The translations under genes were made by a program, and so were the position numbers. Below are positions 37,594 through 46,097 of a DNA stretch of 64,000 bases, in pieces. How positions within the stretch are numbered: the stretch's first letter is position 1; each line of letters opens with the position of its first letter. The DNA comes from Phycisphaerales bacterium (lineage in GTDB: Bacteria; Planctomycetota; Phycisphaerae; WQYP01): the NCBI GenBank assembly GCA_027451365.1, contig DAIDJN010000041.1:109367-173366 (forward strand), in the 5' to 3' direction. The notes beneath the pieces were generated by a model. It searched no databases. It had not been told where the DNA came from and saw only the letters and a program-made list of their open reading frames with translations.

Positions 37594-38268
37594 TTATTTT
37601 TTTCCTATTCCGTCCACTAGCGTTTGCACGATGTCGCGGGCAATTTCCAGTGGATCGCGCTCCCCGGCGCAGGGCCGGCCGTGCGAAAAGTTCAGCACCT
37701 TGTTGGCATAACCATTCACCAGGCACCACCAGGCCAGCACCAGCATATCGGAGTCTCCCGCACGGATTTCGCCGGCCTTCTGGCCCTGCCGGACGGTTTC
37801 CAGAAGCAGCATACGGCCATTGGCGGATGCCGCCTCCACCGGGGACGTCGGCGTTCCGCCACAGCAGCCATCGCGGGATTTCCGCAATTCCGGCCGGTGC
37901 ATCAGACGGAATTCCGCCGGGTGTTCAATCGCAAAGCGAACAAATTCCACCCCCATGGCAATTAATTTATCCAGAGAATTGCCGCGCGTTTTATGCTGCT
38001 GAAGGCGCATTGCGTCTATCATCGCGGTGATGCAGGAAACAGTGGCGGCTTCCAGAATCGCGCCTTTGTCGCGGAAATGGTGGTATGGCGCGTTGTGGCT
38101 TACTCCCGCCTGCTGGGCCACACGGCGAATGGTCAGGCCATCCGGACCGCGTTTGTCCACGATTTTAATCGCGGCTGAAACCAGCTCGGCGCGCAGGTTT
38201 CCATGGTGATAGCCGCGGGCAATTTCCGGCGATTTGCGGGCCTTGGATCGCCGGGAGTGCTTAGGCAT
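37594..38268 (-). CDS. TetR/AcrR family regulator (WHG-type C-domain)
   Basis: YHHGNLRAELV.AA, LTIRRVAQQAGVSHNAPYHHF.DK; divergent from the RND operon. Confidence 0.92.
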   Translation of the reverse strand: MPKHSRRSKARKSPEIARGYHHGNLRAELVSAAIKIVDKRGPDGLTIRRVAQQAGVSHNAPYHHFRDKGAILEAATVSCITAMIDAMRLQQHKTRGNSLDKLIAMGVEFVRFAIEHPAEFRLMHRPELRKSRDGCCGGTPTSPVEAASANGRMLLLETVRQGQKAGEIRAGDSDMLVLAWWCLVNGYANKVLNFSHGRPCAGERDPLEIARDIVQTLVDGIGKK

Positions 38269-38276
38269 AACTGTTA

Positions 38277-38319
38277 ATCTTGACATAGTCTAAATTGTAG
38301 CCTATCTTGACAGTGTCAA
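38277..38319. promoter_or_regulatory. Probable TetR operator pair overlapping divergent promoters
   Basis: Palindrome TTGACAGTGTCAA (38307..38319) and imperfect copy TTGACATAGTCTA (38280..38292), both preceded by ATC and containing TTGACA. Confidence 0.65.
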
Positions 38320-38458
38320 CAAGGATGGTCGTCGCGGAAAGCCGTGAAATGTGTTTGCCGGCTGCGTCGATCAATCCGGTTACGGCGATGCCCAACCGGA
38401 TTGCCTGGCGGGGTGTTGAACCCGACCCCGACATGTTGTCCCCGAGATCAGGACAGTT

Positions 38459-40069
38459 ATGGAAAATGTTTCCCTATCGCCCCAATGCCGACCAGAAAAT
38501 CCGGATCGTCAACCGGGCCGCGCCTTTTGGCGGGGCTTGGTTCCCTGCGCCCTGCTGATTGGTCTGGGGATGGCCGGTTGTTCCTTTGAACCGCCATTGC
38601 ATGTCCCCCCCGCGCCGCAAGTGCATGCCTATACCGCCGGCAAACCCGTCCGCGGAACTGTCGCGGTCAAGGGCGTGGGCCAGGCCGGTGCGGGGCAGCG
38701 GTTCGCCTATGGAAAAAAAATCCGGCGCACCTGGTGGAGACTTCTGAAATCAAAACAGATAAACGCATTAATCAAACGGGCGGTCGCCCACAGCCCCACC
38801 ATCACTCAGGCACTGGCCACCCTGCAAGAGGCGCACCAGAACACGAAAGCCATTGATGGTGAAGGCTGGCCGCAGGTGTCGCTGACCGGAGGCGGCGACC
38901 GTCAGCGATTCAGCGGCGCGCAATTCGGTGGTCCGACCCGCAGCTTCAGTCTGTACACCGGGCAGGTGAATGTCAGTTACACGCCGGACCTGTTCGGTTT
39001 GAACAAACTTGCCCGTCATCAGACCCGCGCCCTGGAGGATGCCCAGCGGTTTAATCTGCAGGAGGCATATCTAACGCTGGAGGGAAACACTGTTTCCGAT
39101 GCCATATTAATGGCCTCGTATGAAGCGCAAATACGGACCACCCGCAAGCTTGTTACGATTCAGCGGAATATTCTCAAGTTGATTGCGCAACAGTACAAGC
39201 TTGGCGCAGTAACATATTTAGACGTGTTAAATCAACGGACATTGCTGGAAACCACAAAAGCCAGGTTGCCCCCGTTGAAACAATCGCTTGCCGCAGTGCG
39301 CCATGCTCTGGCGGTTCTGGTGGGAACGATCCCTTCCCAGGCCGGATTGCCCTCCATTCGCCTGAAATCATTGAAACTGCCGATGATGATCCCCGTCTCG
39401 CTGCCGTCGGTTCTGACGCGCAATCGGCCGGATATTAAACTTGCCGAGGCCGAGCTTCGCGCTGACAACGCCTCCATCGGCGTGGCCATTGCCAAAATGT
39501 ACCCCACCGTTCAACTCACCGGCGACCTGGGGTTTGAAAATGGACGCATTCCCGACTTTTTCAATGCCTCAAGCCTGATCTGGGATGTTGCCGCCAATGC
39601 CAGCGTGACGCTGTTTGACGGCGGCACACTTATTGCCAACAAGCGGGCGGCCCAGGCGGCCCTTCGGGCGCAGATTGCCGCCTATCAATCCACTGTCCTG
39701 GCCGCTTTTCAACAGGTTGCCGATGCGCTGCGGGCGATACAGAATGATGCAACGTCGCTGAAGTTCAATCAGTCCGCATATATCAGCGCGGGCCAGGCAT
39801 TCGTTCTGGCCCGCAGACAATACCGCGCCGGTGCCATTGATTATCTTTCCCTGCTTAACACCCAGACGCAATTCCAACAGTCCGAACTTGGCGTTGTAAC
39901 CGCCGAAGCTCAGCGCTATCGGGATACCGCCGCGCTGTTTGTGGCGTTGGGCGGTGGCTGGTGGCCGAAGCAATATTCCCGCCAAAAGCAGGCCGTTGCG
40001 CCGGCGCGGACCCGCCCCGCAGCGGCAAAGCCGACGAATAAGTCCAATCAAGTGAATGCGATTCCATAA
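38459..40069 (+). CDS. RND efflux outer-membrane lipoprotein (NodT/OprM family)
   Basis: Lipobox MAGC, WWRLL.S..IN.LI..A...SP, PVSLPSVLTRNRPDI..AEA, LFVALGGGWW. Confidence 0.92.
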   Translation: MENVSLSPQCRPENPDRQPGRAFWRGLVPCALLIGLGMAGCSFEPPLHVPPAPQVHAYTAGKPVRGTVAVKGVGQAGAGQRFAYGKKIRRTWWRLLKSKQINALIKRAVAHSPTITQALATLQEAHQNTKAIDGEGWPQVSLTGGGDRQRFSGAQFGGPTRSFSLYTGQVNVSYTPDLFGLNKLARHQTRALEDAQRFNLQEAYLTLEGNTVSDAILMASYEAQIRTTRKLVTIQRNILKLIAQQYKLGAVTYLDVLNQRTLLETTKARLPPLKQSLAAVRHALAVLVGTIPSQAGLPSIRLKSLKLPMMIPVSLPSVLTRNRPDIKLAEAELRADNASIGVAIAKMYPTVQLTGDLGFENGRIPDFFNASSLIWDVAANASVTLFDGGTLIANKRAAQAALRAQIAAYQSTVLAAFQQVADALRAIQNDATSLKFNQSAYISAGQAFVLARRQYRAGAIDYLSLLNTQTQFQQSELGVVTAEAQRYRDTAALFVALGGGWWPKQYSRQKQAVAPARTRPAAAKPTNKSNQVNAIP

Positions 40070-40097
40070 AGCCTCACCCATTTAAGGATTTGTCATC

Positions 40098-41198
40098 ATG
40101 TTCAAACGTCTGTTTCTTGCCATATTTCTGCTGGTTATAATTGGCGGATTGCTGGTGGCTATTTTTGGTTTTAAGGCATTTATAAACCGGAAAATAGCCA
40201 ACGTCATGGCGCATCTGCCGGTGCCCCCCGTGACGGTTTCCACCGCCAAGGCCGGTAATGCTTCCTGGCCGGTGAATCTGTCTGCGGTAGGTTCACTAAC
40301 CGCGGTGCAAAGTGTGGATTTAACCGCACAAATATCGGGCAATGTGACGGGAATCTATTTTCATTCCGGCAAGGAAGTCAAGCCGGGGCAATTGCTTCTG
40401 CAAATTGATAATTCAACCCAATTGGCTCAACTTCGTGTGGACCAGGCGAATCTGGCCCTGGCAAGAACCAATTTGGCCAGAACGATTAAGCTGATCAAGG
40501 TTCGCGCCGCTGCGCAATCACAACTTGATACCTATCGGGCCAATGTGGCTACAGCGTTGGCGCAGGTTCAATCGGACAATGCCACTCTGGCCAAACTGGC
40601 CATTCGCGCCCCGTTTGCCGGCTATCTGGGGCTGCGGCAAGTCAGTCTGGGGCAGTTTGTCGCACCGGGAACATCCATTGTGACGCTGAATTCGTGGCAG
40701 CCGATTTACGCGGTGTTTTCTATTCCGCAGAATAATATTGCCGCTCTGGCAATGGGCCGTAAAGTGACGTTGCGCGTCAACAGTTTTCCCGGACGCGTAT
40801 TCACGGGAACCATATCAGCGATTTCTTCACAGGTGGATGTGAATTCGCGGAATGTTCAGGTGCAGGCGACGTTTCCCAATAAAATGGAATTGCTTAAACC
40901 CGGCATGTTCGGTGATATTTCCGTGGCGACGGGCAAGGTGCTGCACGTGACTGTTGTCCCGGCGCTTGCCGTCGCCTACAGCACATTTGGGGATTATGTC
41001 TATGTGGTAAAAAAGACCGGCAAGGGAAAAAAGGTTGTCCTGACCGCCAAACAGATTCTCGTGCATCCTGGATTGCAACGTGGAGATATGGTGGCCATTA
41101 CTTCCGGCATTAAGGCCGGCCAGACCGTTATAACCGTCGGGCAGATCAAACTTCATCCTGGCGCTGTCATTTTAATTAATAATTCAGTCAAGCCCTGA
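40098..41198 (+). CDS. RND efflux membrane fusion protein
   Basis: AVGSLTAVQSV, FHSG..V..GQLL, IRAPFAG.LGLRQVSLGQ, LLKPGMF. Confidence 0.93.
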   Translation: MFKRLFLAIFLLVIIGGLLVAIFGFKAFINRKIANVMAHLPVPPVTVSTAKAGNASWPVNLSAVGSLTAVQSVDLTAQISGNVTGIYFHSGKEVKPGQLLLQIDNSTQLAQLRVDQANLALARTNLARTIKLIKVRAAAQSQLDTYRANVATALAQVQSDNATLAKLAIRAPFAGYLGLRQVSLGQFVAPGTSIVTLNSWQPIYAVFSIPQNNIAALAMGRKVTLRVNSFPGRVFTGTISAISSQVDVNSRNVQVQATFPNKMELLKPGMFGDISVATGKVLHVTVVPALAVAYSTFGDYVYVVKKTGKGKKVVLTAKQILVHPGLQRGDMVAITSGIKAGQTVITVGQIKLHPGAVILINNSVKP

Positions 41199-41213
41199 GC
41201 AGGAACAGTTTTC

Positions 41214-44200
41214 ATGAAATTTACCGATATATTTGTCAAACGCTGGGTACTGGCCAGTGCCATTAATCTGATTATTCTCATCATGGGGGTGCGGTCGTGG
41301 CTGGGCATGACCGTGCGGGAATACCCGAATATCGTCAATGCGGTCGTCACCGTCACGACGTCTTATCCTGGAGCCAGTCCGGAAATTGTGCAGGGGTTTA
41401 TTACCGCCCGTCTGGAACAGGCCATCGCGCAGGCGCCGGACATTGACTACATGACCGCGACCAGCGCTGAAAGCACCTCCGCGATAAGCGTGTACATGAA
41501 GCTCAATACCAATCCAAGTTCCGCCGTGGCGCAGATTCTGGCCAAGGTTAAACAGGTGGCCAGTCAGTTGCCACCGGAAAGTCAGTCACCGGTCATAAAC
41601 GAAACCGTGGGAGATTCCCGCGCTCTGATGTATCTGGCGTTTTACAGCAAAACCATGAACCAGCAGCAGATTGTGGATTATCTTCTGCGTGTGGTTCAGC
41701 CACAGGTTCAGGCGATTCCGGGCGTAAGCCAGGCGCAAATTCTGCCTCCCGGCACCGGCTCCAGCGGCAACAGCTATGCGGTACGCGTCTGGCTGCATCC
41801 AAATAAAATGGCGGCGCTGGGCATTACGGCCGCCGATGTTTCAACCGCCCTGGCCGAAAACAACTATATTTCCGCGGTAGGCCGCATCAAAGGCAAAAAC
41901 ATCGCCAAGGTTATTACCGCGACAACATCGCTGAATAACATAGACCAGTTCCAGAAACTGATTGTCAGCTATGTGAATGGCGCGCCGATTTACCTCAAAG
42001 ATGTCGCCCGTGTGGAACTTGGTGCCCAAAGCTATAATTCCGCGGTTTATCTTAACGGCATTCCGGCAACCTTCATCGGCATAACTCCCACGCCCGATGC
42101 CAACGACTTGACCGTGGCCCACCTGGCCCATGTGCTGTTCCGCCATATTCAAAAATCCGTTCCCAGCGGCATGCACGCAACGATTGGTTACGATGGCAGC
42201 ATTTACATTACCAAGGCAATTCAGGAAGTGTACCATACCGTGGGCATTACGCTGGGCATTGTGGTGCTGGTGGTGTTCCTGTTTTTAGGCTCGTTGCGCT
42301 CCCTGTTGATTCCGATGGTGGCCATACCCCTGTCGGTGTTGGGGGGCGGCATATTCATGGTGGCCGCCGGGTTTTCCGTCAACCTGCTGACCATGCTGGC
42401 CGTTATTCTGGCGATCGGTCTGGTGGTGGATGACGCGATTATCATGGTGGAAAACATTCACAGGCATATAGATGAAGGACTGACTCCATTTAATGCGGCC
42501 ATCAAGGGCGCTCGTGAACTGGCCGGTCCTATTGTGGTTATGTCCACCACTTTGGCGGCGGTGTTTGCGCCCATTGGCTTTATGGGCGGTTTGACCGGCA
42601 GTCTGTTTACGGAATTTGCCTTCACGCTGGTTTTCACCGTGCTGGTTTCCATGGTCGTGGCGCTGACGCTTTCTCCCATGATGGGCAGCAAACTGCTTAG
42701 ACCCAGCAAGGACCACGGGCTGGTGCACACCTTGGACATGCTGTTCGCCGGGCTGCGCCGCATGTACGACGCCTCGCTTGAACTTGTTCTGGAAATTCGC
42801 CCCGTGGTTCTGCTTATCGCCGTCGCGATTTTCGTCAGCATTCCGTTCCTGGTGATGGGCGCAAAAAGCGAACTGGCACCCACGGAAGACCAGGGCATTC
42901 TCTTCTTCACCGCCACCGGCCCACCCACGGCGACACTGCATTATATGAACGCGTATGCCAAACAGATTCGAAATATCTGCCGCAGCTTTCCGCAGTCGGA
43001 TAACATATTTCAGGTCAACGGCTTTTCGCCCATCGGGCCGGGGCAAAATGCCCTGATCGGCGGCATGTTGCTCAAACCCTGGGACCAGCGCACAATGACT
43101 CAGATGCAGCTTCAGCCCGAACTGCAGAAGAAACTCGCCGGTGTGGCCGGATTGCAGGTCACCTCTTTTGCGCTGCCTTCACTGCCGGGGACGCCTTTGG
43201 GATTGCCGATTCAGTTTGTGCTTACTTCCACCAAAGGCTACAAAGACCTCGATCTGGCGGCCAATCATTTAATAGCGAGCGCTTATAAAAGTGGTCAGTT
43301 CCTTTTTGTGACCAAAGATCTGCGTTACGATAATCCGCAGATTAAACTGATTATCCATCGCAATATCGCCGCCGCCCTGGGCTTAAACATGACGCAAATC
43401 GGCCTGAACCTGGAACCGCTGCTGGGGGGAAACTTTGTCAACCGTTTTGACCTTCAGGGCCGAAGTTACAAGGTCATTCCACAACTTGCCGATCCGCGAC
43501 GGGCCACATCTCAAATGCTGAACAACTATTACGCCCGCACCGCGTCCGGTGCCATGGTGCCATTTTCGACATTCATTACCATTGACCATGTGGTGCGCCC
43601 CGAATTTCTGCCACAGTTTCAACAGCAGAATGCCGTCACGATTCAGGCTTTGCCCAAGCCTGGTGTAAGCATGGGACAGGCGCTGACCTTTCTGAAAAAT
43701 GAAAAGCAGAAACTTTACCCCACCGGCTACGGAATTGATTACGGTGCGGCTTCCCGGCAATTCATTCAGGAAGGCAGCGGTATTTATATTACCTTCCTGC
43801 TGGCTGTGGTGCTGGTATTTCTGCTGATGGCTGCACAGTTTGAAAGCTTCCGTGATCCTCTGATCGTTCTGTTTACGGTTCCCATGTCCATTTTCGGAGC
43901 CATTACATTCCTGTTTCTGGGTATCAGCACGCTCAATATTTATACAGAAGTCGGTCTGATTACCCTGATCGGCCTTATTACCAAGCAGGGAATCCTGATT
44001 GTTGAATTTGCCAATCGCGTGCAGGAAGAAGAAGGTCTGGACCGTAAGGCGGCGGTTATTAAAGCCTCCAGTGTGCGACTGCGGCCGATTCTGATGACCA
44101 CCGGGGCCATGGTTTTTGGCGTAGTGCCTCTGCTTATTGCCAGCGGTGCCGGCGCGGTCAGCCGTTTCGACATGGGCCTGATGATTGCCTCGGGGCTTTC

Positions 44201-44294
44201 CATTGGTTGTCTGTTTTCACTTTATATTATTCCCGTGGCCTACACCTACATTGCCAGTGTCAAGCCGCGCATAACGACGGCCGTAAAGGAATAG
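41214..44294 (+). CDS. RND efflux permease (AcrB/MexW/MexI-like)
   Basis: MKFTDIFVKR, LAIGLVVDDAIIMVENI, AQFESFRDP, GLITKQGILIVEFA, RLRPILMTT. Confidence 0.96.
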   Translation: MKFTDIFVKRWVLASAINLIILIMGVRSWLGMTVREYPNIVNAVVTVTTSYPGASPEIVQGFITARLEQAIAQAPDIDYMTATSAESTSAISVYMKLNTNPSSAVAQILAKVKQVASQLPPESQSPVINETVGDSRALMYLAFYSKTMNQQQIVDYLLRVVQPQVQAIPGVSQAQILPPGTGSSGNSYAVRVWLHPNKMAALGITAADVSTALAENNYISAVGRIKGKNIAKVITATTSLNNIDQFQKLIVSYVNGAPIYLKDVARVELGAQSYNSAVYLNGIPATFIGITPTPDANDLTVAHLAHVLFRHIQKSVPSGMHATIGYDGSIYITKAIQEVYHTVGITLGIVVLVVFLFLGSLRSLLIPMVAIPLSVLGGGIFMVAAGFSVNLLTMLAVILAIGLVVDDAIIMVENIHRHIDEGLTPFNAAIKGARELAGPIVVMSTTLAAVFAPIGFMGGLTGSLFTEFAFTLVFTVLVSMVVALTLSPMMGSKLLRPSKDHGLVHTLDMLFAGLRRMYDASLELVLEIRPVVLLIAVAIFVSIPFLVMGAKSELAPTEDQGILFFTATGPPTATLHYMNAYAKQIRNICRSFPQSDNIFQVNGFSPIGPGQNALIGGMLLKPWDQRTMTQMQLQPELQKKLAGVAGLQVTSFALPSLPGTPLGLPIQFVLTSTKGYKDLDLAANHLIASAYKSGQFLFVTKDLRYDNPQIKLIIHRNIAAALGLNMTQIGLNLEPLLGGNFVNRFDLQGRSYKVIPQLADPRRATSQMLNNYYARTASGAMVPFSTFITIDHVVRPEFLPQFQQQNAVTIQALPKPGVSMGQALTFLKNEKQKLYPTGYGIDYGAASRQFIQEGSGIYITFLLAVVLVFLLMAAQFESFRDPLIVLFTVPMSIFGAITFLFLGISTLNIYTEVGLITLIGLITKQGILIVEFANRVQEEEGLDRKAAVIKASSVRLRPILMTTGAMVFGVVPLLIASGAGAVSRFDMGLMIASGLSIGCLFSLYIIPVAYTYIASVKPRITTAVKE

Positions 44295-44426
44295 TTCGGA
44301 GAAAATCGGGCTGATTCGCCCTCCGTTAGGATATTCTACCCAACGATCGCCCGGTCTGAATTCCTGGCACCGCCGCCGGGCCATAGGCTCGCGCCCGCAA
44401 TCCGCCATGGCCATGCACAAGCATGG

Positions 44427-44918
44427 TTATGGCAGAATGTCCACCGGCGTGCCCACTGCACAAATCGCGAAAAGCTCCGCCATGTCCGGATTGCATAATG
44501 CCACGCAGCCGGCAGTGCCGGTTCGGCCCTCGGCGCAGCCATGAATAAATATTTCGCCGCCCAATGGTGTTTTCCAGACTCGGTCCTGCACGACTGGATC
44601 GGTTAAATCCCCTTCGGCCAGGTCCCGTATCAGACGGGTGAATTGATCTAACGTTAAAAGTCCGGTTTCCAGGCCGCGTATGGCGTCTGATTCATTCGGA
44701 TAATTCAAGCCCAGCGAAAGAAAAAACCGGCTTTCCGGATTGCGAAACACCACACGGAAATGACCCAGTGGCGTTTTCCGATCACCCTCCACTTCCTTGT
44801 CCCCGACACAACTGCCGGTAATGCAGGCATAGCGGGCAATCGTGCACCCTGCGCTGATCACTTCCAGCATATGTTGTGATTTGGTCACACGCAATTGAAT
44901 ATCGTTTCGCAAGGTCAT
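44427..44918 (-). CDS. L,D-transpeptidase (YkuD family)
   Basis: GDKEVEGDRKTPLG, SLGLNYPN..D, GGEIFIHG..TAGCVAL.N catalytic His/Cys. Confidence 0.88.
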   Translation of the reverse strand: MTLRNDIQLRVTKSQHMLEVISAGCTIARYACITGSCVGDKEVEGDRKTPLGHFRVVFRNPESRFFLSLGLNYPNESDAIRGLETGLLTLDQFTRLIRDLAEGDLTDPVVQDRVWKTPLGGEIFIHGCAEGRTGTAGCVALCNPDMAELFAICAVGTPVDILP

Positions 44919-46045
44919 GGCTTACCTTCCGGGTGGTGATACCGCTGATCAAAATAATAAACCGGATAAGCGATTAATTCACGCAGCATGGAAAATGGAT
45001 CGGTCTGCCGCCACTGGTGATTCACACTGGCCACCGTCCAGGCCTGAATGCCGATTTGTGCAAAGGCCAGTCGGGTGCGCGGCAGGTGGTAATCTGAACT
45101 GATGGCCACAACGGTTGTAAATCCGCGCTGCCGCATGACTTTTTTCGTATTAAACGCCGTGAACCGGGTATTGTCGCCATGAAAATCCAGAATGATCCGG
45201 TCGCGCGGTACCCCGCCCGCCAATGCGATTTTCAGCATGGCGTCCGGCTGATTGTTGCGGGAAACCTTCGGGCCATCCGAAGCCGATCCGCTTAACATGA
45301 GATAGCCAATACGATGTTCCTTAAATAATGTCACCCCCGTCAGGGTGCGGTTGCGCATGGATCTGTCGCAAATATCTCCAGGCAGTACCGCGTGTCCGAG
45401 TACCACGCCAAGGTCAGCTTTTACTCCGGCCGGTGGCGGATTAGCACGGAATTCAAAGCCAAATACCCATATCATCAGCATCACAAACAGCACGCCAAAT
45501 GCGCGACCAGGCCCCGTTTGGCGAATCAGCCGTTGTCCCTTTGCCGGTGCCGGCAGCAGGTGGTCAGGTGAAATGAACATGCGGGCCGGGTCAAATCCCA
45601 GCCACGCGGCCATGGCCAGCAGCACCAGCAGGCACATCGGCGGGCCTATTTGCAGGTCCCCATGCCGCTGGTGCAGAAGGCGGTAATACCAGAACGTATT
45701 GGCCAGCAGTGTCAGCAGAACCAACCAGGAGGGTATCAGCCACAGCCGATTCAGCCAGATACGTCGCTGCACGATATGCTGCGTAACGATCCGTTTGGCG
45801 GGGATGTCCAAATTGCGGCTTACGCCCAGACCTACCAGTGAAATCAGCCATCCTATCAGCAGTGGTGTGGCCAGTGGTCCGGCAAAACGCAGATCGATCC
45901 AGCGGAAACTCTGACCTGTTAAAATACTGATTCCACCCGCCCAGTAAATTGCCGATTCCAGACAACCGCCCGGCAGCGATGCGGCGGGCCACGCGCCGCG
46001 GTGCGGGACCTGATCCTCTGTAATTCGGCCGGTGCTATCAGCCAT
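44915..46045 (-). CDS. Membrane protein with YdcF/SanA/ElyC (DUF218) domain
   Basis: N-terminal TM helices; VVLGHAV, LMLSG, GDNTRFTA.N, ISSDYHLPR, LRELIAY; ATGA overlap with the L,D-transpeptidase. Confidence 0.85.
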   Translation of the reverse strand: MADSTGRITEDQVPHRGAWPAASLPGGCLESAIYWAGGISILTGQSFRWIDLRFAGPLATPLLIGWLISLVGLGVSRNLDIPAKRIVTQHIVQRRIWLNRLWLIPSWLVLLTLLANTFWYYRLLHQRHGDLQIGPPMCLLVLLAMAAWLGFDPARMFISPDHLLPAPAKGQRLIRQTGPGRAFGVLFVMLMIWVFGFEFRANPPPAGVKADLGVVLGHAVLPGDICDRSMRNRTLTGVTLFKEHRIGYLMLSGSASDGPKVSRNNQPDAMLKIALAGGVPRDRIILDFHGDNTRFTAFNTKKVMRQRGFTTVVAISSDYHLPRTRLAFAQIGIQAWTVASVNHQWRQTDPFSMLRELIAYPVYYFDQRYHHPEGKP

Positions 46046-46097
46046 GGATGATTTTCCATATTCACCACGGTCCGCTTCCGGTCCGTGGCTGCGATCA

